Source: Eremomyces bilateralis CBS 781.70 (lineage: Eukaryota). From it: a DNA stretch of 64,000 bases. The first letter of the stretch is position 1. The number at the start of each line of letters is the position of its first letter. The stretch lies in the NCBI GenBank assembly GCA_010015585.1, contig ML975172.1, one strand, 5' to 3'. The notes beneath the pieces were generated by a model. That model did no database searches, had not been told where the DNA came from, and saw only the letters and a program-made list of their open reading frames with translations. The position numbers and the translations under genes were made by a program. Below are positions 38,401-51,640 of this stretch, piece by piece.

Positions 38401-40426
38401 AGTGTGGGACGCGGGGTCTAGAGAGACGCTACAGACGCTCAAGGGCCATTCGAACCGGGTCACGGCTATAGCCTTCTCGCCAGACGGTAAGATGCTAGCA
38501 TCGGCATCAGATGACGCGACCGTCAAGATATGGGACGCCGGGTCTAGAAAGGCGCTACAGACGCTTAAGGGCCATTTGAACCTAGTCACGGCTATAGCCT
38601 TCTCGCTAGACAGCAAGACGCTAGCTTCGGCATCAGACGACGGGATAGTCAGGGTATGGGACGCCGGGCCCGGAAAGGCGCTACAGATACTTAAGGGCCA
38701 TTCGGGGTGGGTTACGGCCGTACTCTTCTCGCCGGACAGCAAGACGCTAGCGTCGACATCATGGGACGCGACGGTCAGAATATGGGACGTTGAGTCCGGA
38801 GAGGCGCTACAGACGCTTAAGGGCCATTCGAACGTGGTCATGGCTGTGGCCTTCTCGCCGGACGGCAAGATGCTGGCGTCAGCATCGGGCGACGCAACGG
38901 TCAGAATATGGGACGCCAGGTCCGGAAAGGCGCTACGGATACTCAAGGGCCATTCAGGCTGGGTTACAGCCGTGACCTTCTCGCCGGACGATAGGACGCT
39001 GGCGTCGGCATCGTGGGACACGACGGTTAGAGTATGGGACGCCGGGTCCGGAAAGGCGCTACAGATACTCAAGGGCCATTCGGGCTGGGTCGCGGCCGTA
39101 GCCTTCTCGCCAGACGGCAAGACGCTAGTATCGGCATCGTGGGACGCGACAGTCAGAATATGGGACGCCGGATCCGGGAAGGCGCTGCAGACGCTTAAGG
39201 GCCATTCAAACCTGGTCGCAGCCGTGGCCTTCTCGCCGGACGGCAAGACGCTGGCGTCGGCATCGTGGGACACGACGGTCAGAATATGGGACGCCAGGTC
39301 CGGAAAGACGCTACAGATACTCAAGGGTTACTCGGGTCGGGTCACGGCCGTAGCCTTCTCGCCAAACGGTAAGATGTTAGCGTCGGCATCGTGGGACATG
39401 ACGGTCAGAGTGTGGGACACCGGGTCTAGAAAGTCGCTACAGATGTTCAACGGCCATTCGAACGCGGTCACGGCCGTAGCCTTCTCGCCAGACGGCAAAA
39501 CGCTAGCGTCCGTATCGGACGATACGACGGTCAGAATATGGGACGCCGGGTCCGGGAAGGCGCTACAAACACTTAAGGGCCATTCGAACCGGGTTACGGC
39601 CGTAACCTTCTCGCCGGACGGTAAGACGCTAGCATCGGCATCGGGCGACGCAACGGTCAGAATATGGGATGCCGGATCCGGGAAGGCGTTACAGACGCTT
39701 AAGGGCCATTCGGGCTTTGTCGCAGCCGTGGTCTTCTCGCCAGACGGCAAGACGCTGGCGTCGGTACCGTGGGACATGACGGTCAGGGTGTGGGACGCCA
39801 GGTCCGGAAAGGCGCTCCAGACGCTTAAGGGCCATATGGGCATAGTCATGGCCGTGGCTTTCTCGCCGGACAGTACGATTCTGGCGTCGGCATCGTGGGA
39901 CGAGACGGTTAGGGTGTGGGACGCCGGGTCCGGGAAGGCGCTACAAACACTTAAGGGCCATTCGAACCGGGTTATGGCCGTAACCTTCTCGCCGGACGGT
40001 AAGACGCTGGTGTCGGCATCGAGCGACGCGACGGTCAGAATATGGGACGCCAGGTCCGGAATGGCGCTGCGGACGCTCCAGACGAATTTCAGTATTGGCA
40101 GCTTATCGTTTACCGAAGACGGGTCGTGTCTTATGACTAACAGGGGATTACTATATATTTGGGATCCTTCCAATCCCACAGTTCTTTCTCAACCCACGTC
40201 TCAGCCGTCAGCATTTATCGAGGATGAATGGGTATGGTATGGTGGTGAAAGAATTCTTTGGCTTCCTTTAGAGTATCAACAATCAACATGTACTGCTGTC
40301 CATGGTAGTACTGTTGCGTTTGGGTATTCCTCTGGTCAGGTTTTAATTATTGGATTTGCGTTTGAACATTTGCGTTTGCCTTTACCACCTCCCCAGTCAT
40401 CTCCGTTGCAGTTACGCTCTCTTTGA
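35439..40426 (+). CDS. Fungal NLR: NACHT-WD40 (HET-E/NWD-like) with 20 conserved WD40 repeats
   Basis: CHPDTRV, Walker A FWLSGLAGTGKSTIARTVA, SFFFSR, Walker B LVVDALDECE, LLTSRPE, GLFIWAATAC, LHPSFHDFL, YACRFW, FLHWLEVLSL. Intron 37197-37243 joins the two long ORFs; probable intron 35581-35634; start codon uncertain. Confidence 0.95.
37556..40076 (+). repeat. Tandem array of 20 x 126-bp WD40-coding repeats
   Basis: 42-aa unit LKGHSxxVxAVxFSPDGKTLASASxDxTVRxWDAxSGKALQT counted 20 times. Confidence 0.97.
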
Positions 40427-40859
40427 TTTCGCCATTAATAGGACACTAATGAGGAAGGGATGATTGGAAACAGATGATTGGAAATACAATGGCTTTTGAA
40501 ACTAAACTATATACTCTTGAAGGCCTGCAGAGAGCGGACTCTACACCTCCACCCAGGGCAGCCTGGGAGCCCATCGAAGACGATACCGACAATTGCCTTC
40601 ACGACGCCTGCGCAGCAGTGGCGAAGCCTTTCACCTTAACACCCCGACGACTACAAAGTACTAAGAGCCTGGATCACACCGAGCGGCGTTCGCCTCCGAT
40701 ACCTGTGGGGGAGGATTACCGTTTACCTTTGTTTGGGTGCAAAGGGACTAGGTTGGGATCCTGAATTAAATGAAACCTATATACATCCCGCTCTGAGGAA
40801 TTGGTCGTTATTGGGGGCGAGTAAGGTCAATCATACTGTACCGGGCCGCATAGGCGGAG

Positions 40860-41836
40860 GGATGAATGAACTTATGGGTAAGATGCGAAGCGTGGTTATC
40901 CATCAAGAGCAGTCGTTTCCCCTTCTTAGCCCGGTGTCTTGTATACCGATGGAAATCCTGGATCCAATCGAAGGCAATAAGGTCGTTTGACCACCCAGAC
41001 TTAGAGATGTTGATACAGTAATCGTCTGGAATCTGGCCTTCGTACCATCGTTCAAGATGGTTCTCGCCCTTTAAGATAAAGTAGGGCGGAAGAACAAAAC
41101 CATCAGCAGCGACACACTCGATATCCGTAACCGATTCGCCTGACTCCGTACTAGGACTGCCTCGTTTTGCCCCCGGTCGGAAACTAACCACTTTTTGCCG
41201 CTTCCCTTCACCAAGGCGGAAGCCACTTTCGTCGAAATTATATATATTCCGTGCCTCGATTCCATGCTCTTGAATCTGCTCCTGAAGGAGTTGAAACCAA
41301 TACTGTATATGTCCAAGATCCTCAGCACGTAGGCAGTCGTCTTTAACTGGTTTTTGGTCGATAAGCGAAAGGGTGTGGCGCTTGATAAATTTATATTTCC
41401 AGTTCTTACTAACGTGAGGTGGCTGCGTTGTATCGAGGGCGTTTATTCGGAGTATAGAGTTGGCGCACGCTTCGATTTCTGTAGGCGTAGGAGGCGCTCC
41501 CCACTCATCAAGCTGATGGATCCAAGCTAGGAGAGCCTTATCTGTAGCTGATCGAGTTTAGACGCTTGTACGAACGGAGAACGGTTGGTATAGGATGTTT
41601 TTCCTTCAAGGCGGCCTCGAAGGACAGGCCGGCTGATTTGGAACTCACGCGCTAACGCTGAAACGTTAACCAATTTCCCTGCTTTTTTTTTTTGGCTCTG
41701 TAGCCTTCTTGAGTGCTTTCTGTATAGTCTCCTCTGAATATTTGACACGTTTAGACATGTTTGGTGGTATAGATTTGAAGATGATGGTAAAATTGGACTT
41801 TTGGCGTGGGTTTGACTTTTGGTGTGGGAGCACCAA
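40860..41836 (-). mobile_element. 3'-truncated Fot1/pogo transposon relic
   Basis: 5' end TA|TTGGTGCTCCCACACCAAAAGTC with internal repeat; SALAREFQISRPVLRGRL, NFDESGF, ESVTDIECVAADG, SKSGWSND, LLLMDNHASH, then breaks off. Confidence 0.88.
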
Positions 41837-44164
41837 TAACTGGAGGTTGTGGGGCGGTCATGGGGCACGGATAATGGCTAGCATACGAGAATAACCCATA
41901 ATTATGTTTATTCACGTGAAGGTAGATGAAACTGCTGTTATATTGTACCTTGCTTCTTCTAAATCCGCGAGGAGTTTCGAGTTGGGTATGGTATGCAATC
42001 GCGCGGACGCTGTCGGCTCCTGGAATCAAAGTCTGTGTAATATAGACGCTTGCCTGGCCCGCCACAGGTTTGTAGCCGACATAATTTCATCCTATGCATT
42101 TGCCGAGATTGATGTCCTATTCAGTCCTTCAAATAGAATGTACCTCACAAGACTCCGCATTCCAGAATGACAAGAGTAGATATACAACCTCACTCGCTCC
42201 AAGTCCGCACGGGAGAGCCCACGGCAGCAGCTGGAGAAAGATGTCTTGGTTCGTCAGGCTCCCGAAGAATACAATCGCGACAAATGCAATAGGTATAATA
42301 TGGGGCTGATACTTGTCGAAATGAAGGCAATGATGTAGAAAATTGGCGACGGTGTAGATGCAGCTGGCGAGAACCAAGCCCTGGGCCCAAGGTTGTGGTT
42401 CTGGACTACGTGCATCGCTGATCGGGCTGCGGGGAAGTGCCGAAGTGGCGGAAGTCGGGAAGTGCCGAAGTGGAGCGGACCAGGGGCTCGGACCTCTGTC
42501 CATTCTTCTGAGAAAGGGGTCTGAATTTGGACATCATTATTAGTTCTTTTCCTCATAAAATCCTCAAGGATAAAGAAAGCCTTATGATATCGTCCCTTCA
42601 TTATTTCTACGGATGTTCATCATGATTATTGTCGATCCGATCGTGCATAGAAGTAGAGACACAGAAGCAAGAGGCTATTTCCGTAACGCCTGTCGTGGAC
42701 CTGTCCACGCCCGACTCGGTGTGTTACGAGCCGTACTAGTCTTCTCGTCGTCCTACGCGGACAGGCACCCAAAGTCCTCTTTTCTCTCGATTCTAGCTAA
42801 TATTCTACGGTTGATCGACGATATAGATTTCTGGTCACTAGCATTCTGAATGCACCGGTCATCCGATAGGGGAAGCTGGAGCCCCCGCTTCAGTAACCAT
42901 CGAGTTCGTCGTTCCAATAGAAGATGGCAAATACTGCCCGCCATTTGTATCTTATATCTCTTTCTAGATATCGAAGGAACGCATCTAGCTCGAATCTCAA
43001 CTGGGGTAGTGATCATATGACAACCATACGACTCTCATCTGTCATGGGTTCTTCGGAACATTTTTAGATGTTTCCCAGCAGCGTCAACATTGGCGGCAAT
43101 TTCGTTTGGAGTCCGGATACATCCTTCAGTCCATCGGCTTGTGTCCTGAGCAAACTCGGCAGGCTCGTCTGAGATGCAAATGTTATCCTGGGGATAGAAT
43201 GTATCTGATCGGTAACCAGATCCGCCATTTTTGATGATATGAGACCTTGAACAAGGAGCTCGCAACGGAACAATTTGATTGACAACGTCAACAAGAGTAA
43301 CAGCAACACGATGTTATGGACACAGTATTGGTACGTACCCCTCATAGCCTTGCGAGTGGCCTCACAAAGTCCAAATGTATCAGAATGGTCCATGCGGGGG
43401 CTGCCTGTAAGTGTCTAGGAGAGCTGTGGGATCTTCGTTTGATTTATTGTTGCTTTACATCCCATCTTACCTATACCGTCCTTTCAAAATTTCCGAGCAA
43501 TTTTTCTTTGGACCCGGACGAAACAATAATCCACTGGCTACAAACAGGTGTTCCAAGGCAAGCTAGGTTTATATCTCCCTTGCAAGTCTATAGCCTGAAG
43601 CAACTGGTTGGTGGCCATGACGGACTCCTCGATCCTGCGAATTACGAAAGAGCTACGTGAAAGTATAGAGGTTGCTAACGATTTCTATCTTCGAAAATAC
43701 GTATTGGGGCAAGATTCTTCTTTGTCGGAGTCATGGTTTCTATAGAAAGGCGCTCACGACATGGCTAGCACGCGCAAGTACCGGTAAGAAAGGCGATACC
43801 AATGCCACGAACCCAGCTGCAAGCTTTTCGGAGGCATCAACCTCTCAGCTTCCACGGCTTTCACGTTCACCAGAGAGTGGCGCATGGCATTAATTGGGAT
43901 CCTTTAATACTCCTGCTCTGCCTCGACTTACGTTGACGCGGACTCTTCGATCGTGCCCATAATCTACATGAACTTGTACGCAGAGTTCATTTGCAGTCTG
44001 CGGACTATGGTGAGGTGCTCTGGAATGATTCTCAGCTAGCAAGGCCCCTAGTGGACTGCCTTAAACGTAGGAAAAATTCGATTCGCTGCGTCCTGGACAG
44101 ATCAGTTATCCCGAGGACCTGAAACGCTTCTTGAAGAGAAGGATACGTCCGGATTGCCTGGAGG

Positions 44165-45017
44165 ATGCTCCTGCGAATAGCCTTCAGGTCGACACGGGCT
44201 TTCCAACCTCGTCCATATCCTCAGAGGTTATATACCTCTTCAATCAGGACACTCGAGCACAGCTCAACTATAATTTCCTATCCCGTGACCCCACGTCCTC
44301 AATCGCGGAGGTACCCCGGCCCGAATCATCCTTTTCAGTCCTTTGAGGCTACCCAAAGCCCCCCGCACCAGCATCTTATTCGCTCTTCCCCTGACTGTCG
44401 CCGCCCAGTCAATCAGTACCGGCATAAAGGCCCTCACCTACGGCAGCGGCGCCATCGTCTGCGGCGGAGGCTACACTGTTCTCCGCATCCCCGAACTCCC
44501 CGATGCGCCACTCACCCACCTATTCATATACGACCCCCCTCCCTCACCAACCTGAACCCAACACCCCCACTCACCTTCACTCTATAGCCTCTACTCCAGT
44601 TCCGCGTTCGTCTCCCTCCTCTGCGTCACCACCGCCACGAAATACAGGCTCGACGCGCACGAGCGCCTCCCGTACATCATCATGGTGATCCTCCTCACGG
44701 CGGGGATGAGCTTTCTCTTTAACCATGGCGTCGCGCCGGCGGGGCCGCCGAAAACGCAGTGGCCGGAGTCGCTGCCACTAATTGCGACGCTGGGAATTTT
44801 CATGGGGCAGGTTATTGTGTTGGTGTTACGGACGCCGAAGCAGGAAGGGTGGTGGGAGGGATATGGAGGATGGGGCGCTCACGCTAGAGTAAATGGGCTG
44901 CAATACATTCGCGGGACGCGAGGATTGCTGGACGGAATGTCCTGTACGTCCATGCGGTGGTTCATGGTATGGGCTTTGGTGTATTTTCCCTTGGTCATGG
45001 TCGGTTGGATACGGTAG
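44165..45017 (+). pseudogene. Probable disrupted membrane-protein gene with mitochondrial-like leader
   Basis: MLLRIAFRSTRAF leader and hydrophobic segments lie in different frames; an apparent 3' splice site (CTATAG 44582-44587) has no GT donor nearby. Confidence 0.35.
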
Positions 45018-45718
45018 GTTGGTACCTATTGCCCAGCGTCTGGCAAGGGCATAGAATTTCACTGGTAGATTGAGAGATTTTCGGCAATTAGTTAACCTTC
45101 GAGGATGACTCAGACTGAATTATAAGATAGCATATCAATGTTTAGCGTTGCTTGCATTTATCAGTTCCTTGCCAGGGGCTCGACATCTTCCTGGCCTCCA
45201 TAAGGCGGCATTGTGATTAACCCGCGACATGTTCGCCTTGTCATCCACAATCCCCCTAGACGGCGATGCTTACCTCACCGCTCTTATCCCTCTCCTAAGG
45301 CTCGACCGCATGCGACACGAAACAGCATCACCACAAACGCCAAGTTAAACAATGAATTTCCATTTTTATCTCATCTACACATACCCCACCCTACCATGGA
45401 AACGTAAAATCCAGGCACCCGCCCGCTCACCAAACCGACCCATCCATCGTCGTCCCATATCAGAATGCTCATCACTTCACCCGCCGCATGCCGTGCGGTA
45501 TGCGGACGGGCCCGAATGTGAAGCCAGCGGGACGCGGGAAACCGGGAAATATGCAGAACGCCAGAATGCCGGGGCATCGTGGATGCCTGTGCTGGGAAAC
45601 GAGAATGGTGCGACTGACTGCCGCCGTCTATGAGGGGGTTTGGGGTCAAGGGAGGGGGGAAGGAGGTCGTGGAGTCCGGAGACTTTGTGCGCTTCGTATT
45701 GGCGTGGAGGAGGGGGGG

Positions 45719-48360
45719 TTAGGCTAGGTAGCCAAGATCCTCGGAGTCGATGCGCTCGAGGTATTCTTTCTCGAGGAGGATGTCGATGCACTTCTTGATG
45801 TCGGCGACGTGGGGCATGAAGCGGTTCTTGATCTGTTCGATGGTTTCGGTGATGAGGAGTTGGTGCTTCATTCGCTTTCGCGACTTCATGATGCGGACGA
45901 TGGCGGACTGTAGAATGGTTAGCAGACCGCAAGATATCAGCATAGAGGCATGATACATACCTGGAGTAGAAGCTTCCGGTCTTCTTCGATCGTCTTGTGC
46001 GTGTCCTCCACTTCCTGCTTCGCCTCCGATTTGACCGCCAGGTTGAGGTTGATCTTCATCTTCTTGGTCCGGAAGCCGTAGTTGAGAGAGAACGTGGTCC
46101 CTTTCTCGGGCTTGGCACCCTCCGGTTGGATGTTTAGAATCTTCGCTTTGACCATCAACGCGACACTGGGCTCCAGTTGCTCCTTGAAGAGGAGCGTGCC
46201 CTGCTCAATGTCCTCGTACGTGAGGGTGTCAGCGTCGTTGAAGAGGAGGAGGATGGCGGTCTGATATGCGGAGACTTGCAGGGTCAGGGGGACCTTGCCG
46301 GGCTTGATGTAGTTCACGCGCACTTCGCCCTTGGACAGCTGCCACAGCCAGGTGAGTTTCCGACCCTGGTGCTTCGTGAGGTAGAATTTCTGGAATCGGT
46401 CGTACGTCTTCGAGATGATTTCGGGTGGGGAGAACTTCGTATTGGGAGCGGTGAGAGGCCAGAAGCTGGTGCCTAGGATCTGGAAGTAGGTGTCCACCAC
46501 AGCTTTGTTCTCAGGTTCGTCGAGATAGGTGTTCAGCCATTCCTTGTAGTTGGAGTTGAGGTCCTTGGACAGTTGCATGTCCTGGAACATTCGCTGCAGC
46601 TTGTTGGTGTATTCGAAGCCGCAAGCCTCCTTCATCTTGCTTATCATGCTCGTCTCTGCATCGTCGGAAGCAGAAAGTTGGTGGACCAGACGTCGTGCGA
46701 GACCTCGCGTGTAAAACTTCTGGAACACGTCTTTGTCTTCGATGTACTTGAAGACCGTCATGATATGCGTTAGCTGCTTCTCCACATCGTCTTCTTCGGA
46801 ATTCTTCGCCCCTGATCTCTTTAGTAGCGTGTCACAGTACTTCGCCAGAAGTTCGGGAGACTTGGTCGTGCCAGACTTGCAGACCTTATTCCGATTGACG
46901 AACTCTCGGCAGGCGTTATCCAAAGACCGAACAAACTCCGCTTCGCCGTTGAAAGCCATGTTGACGAGAGACTGATACTGCGTGTGGACATCGAGGAGAG
47001 TCTCCACATAGACTTTGGGTTCCATGATTTCTTTATCGGTGGTCTTTTCGATGGCAGCAAGACCCGATTTGCGAACGTGGGTCTCGAATCGGGTGCGAAG
47101 AGGGTCAAGTCCATCCGGTATTCTAGCTAGGAGTTTGTACATCCTGCCTAGGTCTTCCTGGCGATCGTTGTCCAGAAGGCTTTGGAATTCGTCTCGAAGA
47201 AGCAAGGAATGATCGGCGATAAGCGCTTCTTCGCACGTCCTCATGAGCGGTTGGGTGATCTCATTGAGCAAATACAGTGAAACGCGATCCTTCTCCTCAT
47301 CCAGTCGGAGCTCGGCTTTCTTCATATACTCCACCACGCTATTCTCGGCCAAAAACACCTTCGACTCTTGCTCATAATAGGCTTTAGTCGCAGCGAGGAA
47401 TGGCTTCTCGAAGTACTCTCGGTAGACGTCCAAAGTAGATTTCGTACTGTCGGACTCGTCCAGGCCGAGGGAGACGAAGGAGTTGACGATTTGCTTAATC
47501 TGAGACTGCTCGATGGTCTCACCATTGCGCTGCTTTTCCACAAGCCGCAGGACAGCTTTCATAACCTCTTTGTGGGTGTGGTTGAACATGTCTTCTTTCC
47601 AGCGCACCAGATGGAGGGTGTAGATATCATAGACGTTCTTCTTGCCCTCGTCCATCTCCCGCTTCACCCAATGTCGGTTGAGGTATCGGAAGAGATGGTT
47701 GTTGTAAGTCGCCGCGGTTGTGTAGCGGTTCCATTCGCTGATATAGTAGTGTAGAAGGGCTTCATCGCTGTGAGCTTTCGATCGTTCAAGGACACCAGCT
47801 AGATGTCCCCTGAGATAGTTGATTAGGTGGTTGTATAAGTCTTCGCCTAGGAGATGTGCTGTGGGAGTCGTTAGCAATAATGTACCTAATTCCGACCATT
47901 AACATCAAATGCCTGGAGAAGACAAGAGCTCAATCAGACTAAGATATAAGATGGAAAGTGTTCGGAGCGGCTGAAGGCGGTACGATGGTAGCTAATAATG
48001 AAGAGCCCGGCATAGCTTCAAGGTTGGGTTGACGGTGCTCTGAAACAGCAGCGAAATAAGATTCAATGTGTACAGTACCTCCTCCACCAGTAGCTGATCT
48101 CTGGTTGTTGCTGAAAGATCCTGATCCCACGGCTTTCTGAGCTGTGCAGAAGTTGTGTATGGCAGTGTAGAGGCTCATGTACATCTTCATGTCCATGCCC
48201 TTTTGCAGCTGGGTCATAATTCGGTCGACCCCCGATTCCAGTTGCGACCATCTGCAACTCACCGTTAGCCATGACACTCGCTTGTGGTCCCGCCATGAAT
48301 GATCCCTTACGTTGACTTCGCATCGTCCTTCATGTTCATCCCCATACCATTCCGTGCCAT
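45719..48360 (-). CDS. CUL1: Cullin-1 (SCF scaffold, CulA/Cdc53 orthologue)
   Basis: Exons 48360-48311, 48251-48079, 47858-45961, 45907-45719. [59 protein letters not shown], neddylation motif [22 protein letters not shown]. Confidence 0.97.
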
Positions 48361-49079
48361 GCTTGCGTTGACGTTGGAGCGGTTGTTCTCTCAGTGGCGG
48401 CAAGGTTATATGGGAGAAGCTGAAGTGTAGGAGCGTCGGCCGATCGCAGAGGCCCGGACCGCTCCGTCGTTATCAAGGGAAGATAGAGATCCGAGGGGAG
48501 TCTCTGATATTGTAGCGACAGCTGCTAAAGAAGGTAGATTAGTAAGTACTGTACTGGAGGCGCGGAGGGAATATAGGAGGGCAGCTGGTGATGATGATCG
48601 GTTCCAAAACTCACAGAAGATAGGTGTTTGGAGGTTGGTGTGTACCTCTCTTCACAGCTCCCAGGATGACATGAAGCGTGTTGACAGCTGGAGAAGAGAG
48701 AAAGGTCAACAGAGAAGTGGTGGGAAATGTGAATCAGTTATCACCATCAGTTCAGTTCATCATCTGCCTTAGTCGCTCCTGCCAGTCGAAGCATCGCCTG
48801 GACCCCGGTCGTGGCGTAGTTGCCTGAGGCTGACTACTATGATGACATTGCCGCCTGGCGTTGCCTATATTCACGTGACTTGGGTGTCGAGATTTTGATG
48901 CCTGAGGAGTGAGGCAGAGGCGACTTTTTATCTCCAAGTTCAGCTCGAACAAAGTCCACCAGACCACGATTGACGATATACTGTCATAGTTCCATAGAGC
49001 AGAGCTCTTAACTAACACTTAGAGGTCCCAATCTTCATGGCAGTTTCTCCTCCTAGATTTGAAGATAGCCACTTAGCCA

Positions 49080-49619
49080 TCACAGTCGACAAACTGGCCC
49101 GTCGTCGCCATAGATTGGATCCTTCGAAAACCATGGCAAATCCTTGATCTTCTGGATCTTCTCTTCCTCCCCCTTTTTTCCATAGCACATATCCCAATCG
49201 CAACCTTTCGGATAACTTCCGACCATCTGGAACCCGCCCTTGTCTGCCATAAGCCGATGCAATACACCCGCTGGAACAATCATCACATCGCCCTTCTCGA
49301 CCGTCGTCTCCACTCGGCCTGTGTTGTCCTCACCACCGAAGCAAAGTTCCGCGGATCCTGAAGAGACGCAGAGGACCTCGTCGGCTGTGGTGTGGAAATG
49401 AGACTGGCTGTACATCGTATAGCGCCACTGTGGAGTGACAACTCCGACCTTATTTAGATGGTCTTCGATGGTCGATGCTGAGAGACGGTCGGGACGGAAC
49501 GCGCCATGATAGATCAACAGAGGTTTGTTCCGGATCGATGTGTTTGGTGATAAGCCATGAGCAGAGATTTGCTTCGATGTAACGTGAAGCTTTTCTGTTG
49601 GAGTTAGAAAATACGACAT
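49080..49619 (-). CDS. Cupin-domain protein (YjlB-like)
   Basis: PNTS..PLLIY, QWRYTMY, HFHTTADEVL, GDVMIVPAGVLH, FQMVGSYP, WDMCYG, DPIYG; likely ATG at 49619. Confidence 0.88.
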   Translation of the reverse strand: MSYFLTPTEKLHVTSKQISAHGLSPNTSIRNKPLLIYHGAFRPDRLSASTIEDHLNKVGVVTPQWRYTMYSQSHFHTTADEVLCVSSGSAELCFGGEDNTGRVETTVEKGDVMIVPAGVLHRLMADKGGFQMVGSYPKGCDWDMCYGKKGEEEKIQKIKDLPWFSKDPIYGDDGPVCRL

Positions 49620-50429
49620 CTTGATATTGCTTTGCGAACGAAGCATTGAGAGAAACTTGTGATGAGTTACATTCTGTCGCGTTACGCTGAGTCGAACCAT
49701 GTCCCACTACGTCATCGTCCGTGGAGCTCTCTGTCTGACCTCTCCATCGCAAACAGTTGCAGTATTTGTGCAAGGTCGTCGACAAATACTGAACTTACCT
49801 TACCGGTTCCTGTCGATGTCGGACATGGAGTAACAGATACCCTAGACTAAAAATTCCATCGGGAGCCGAGTCATTAGAACATGGAGTGCTTGCCCAAGAG
49901 TCAGGAGCAGCTACAGGAATCACCAGCGTTACTCTCCTCCGTTTGTCTATTTCTATTTGTTTGTCTTCTTCTCTCAGCCTTTCTGAAATCTGTATTCTAT
50001 AAAGTCTTCAACTAGAGCATGAATTCGGAGGTTTCTCTTTGATGTCTTTACTTATTCTGCCATTCCTTTTCTAGCTAACGTGAGCCTTTTCCTCATCTCA
50101 TAAACTGTTGCAAATAAGTTTATATAACCTTTCCTCACTGCCGTTATAGTCTTGACATATTGAACATGACGCCGTATATTCAGCCAACCCCGATCCAGAA
50201 GGCATTCCCTCCCGCGTCCTTCCATTAGTTGCTCCTTGTGCCTTAATTTGCAATATTCAAACGCCATCCAAATTTTATAAACTTACTAGAATATATTTCC
50301 AGCCTCGTTCCATTTTCAACGTAGCATTCAGCTGTCAAGAGAGGACTGCTACGAGCACATGTCTCGAAGGCATGAATTGGTGGTTGACATCTCCGCGCCA
50401 TCGCGTTTATAATTTTTTCAGAATAGTTA

Positions 50430-51450
50430 ACGTAATCCACCACCGAGTCGGACACTTCTACTCACGACAGCGATCATCCCTATTTTTTCATAATGACTCA
50501 ACAACGACACTCAATTTTCTTCAAAAGAAGCCGGAATCAATATGGCTATTGAGGTTATCGATCAAGGCCACATTCGATCAATTCGAGGCGCTGCAAAGAC
50601 CTATAACGTCTCGAAAAGTACGCTATCTGATCGCCGTCATGGGACTCCTTCACGACGCGATCGCGCTCCCAATTCGAAAAAGCTCTCAGACATAGAAGAG
50701 AGGGTTATTATCAATTACTGTCTCGACGTCGACGCGCGCGGATTTCAACTTAATTATGGCATGTTGCGAGATATAGCCAACAAGCTACTCAGCGATCGCG
50801 GTCAGGCTCATGTTGGCATCAATTGGCCTTCAAGATTCGTACAACGCGTTCCAGAGCTCAAAACACGCGTTAATCGAAAGTACGACTATAAAAGAGCCCT
50901 GAACCAAGATCCAGAGATTATTCGCGCGTGGTTTCGCCTCGTACGCAACGTAAAGGCAAAATACGGCATCCTAGATGAAGATACAGACAACTTTGATGAG
51001 GTTGGCTTTCAAATGGGCGTAATCGGGACGCGCATGGTCATCACGGGTACCGAACGACGTCAGTCTCCAAAAACGTTGCAACCAGGCAATACAGATTGGG
51101 TGACATCGATCATTGCTGCCAGCGCGCAAGGTTAGGTTGTCCCACCCTTTATCATCTTCAAAGGCGCTCGACACTATGATACCTGGTACGAGGCGATTGC
51201 GGATAGGCCTGATTGGGTTCTATCAGTTAGCGAGAAGGCTGGACGTCTCTTGAGCATGGATTTGAGTGATTGGAGCATTTCAATCGCTTCACAGAAGGCC
51301 GTACTACTAGTGCCTATCGGCTCCTGATTATAGATGGCCATAACAGTCACAACACCATCGAATTCCAGGATTTCTGCAAGGATCACAAAATTATTACACT
51401 CTATATGCCTCCGCATTCATCTCATTTACTATAGCTACTCGACGTTGGCT
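50430..51450 (+). mobile_element. 3'-truncated Fot1/pogo transposon relic
   Basis: TA|ACGTAATCCACCACCGAG terminal sequence; SIRGAAKTYNVSKSTLSDR, VGINWPSRFV, NFDEVGF, QPGNTDWVT, IIDGHNSH, LDVG with stops and frameshifts. Confidence 0.92.
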
Positions 51451-51640
51451 TGTCACCGAGTCGCTCCAGACGAACGACACCTAGATCATAAGCTCATGGG
51501 CTTACGGTCTGTAGTTCTCCAGTTATTGTTCTCTCCGCGGTTACCGCCATTCCCATCACGTCGTTTTCGTCCGGCTTCGCGTTGGTAGTCCGTTCGCCTC
51601 GTCCGACCACAACCAGGGGACACTTATCGCTGCGGTGACG
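51451..51640. mobile_element. Probable LTR (~190 bp) truncating the pogo element
   Basis: Starts TGTCACCG and ends CGGTGACG (inverted ends, last base mismatched); begins exactly where transposase similarity stops; no matching TSD. Confidence 0.6.

Noticed and set aside
37556..40076. Regular repeat array as a possible CRISPR
   Set aside because: Contiguous 126-bp protein-coding units, no unique spacers, eukaryotic context.
37543..40179. Long minus-strand ORFs (201, 378, 283 aa) with repeated SHILTVAS motifs
   Set aside because: Antisense shadows of the WD40 array.
42600..43400. Minus-strand fragments faintly resembling a cullin N-terminus
   Set aside because: Too many stops and no convincing motif.
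26800..45000. Possible Starship giant transposon carrying NLR and kinase cargo
   Set aside because: No DUF3435 tyrosine-recombinase captain or element boundary visible in the window.
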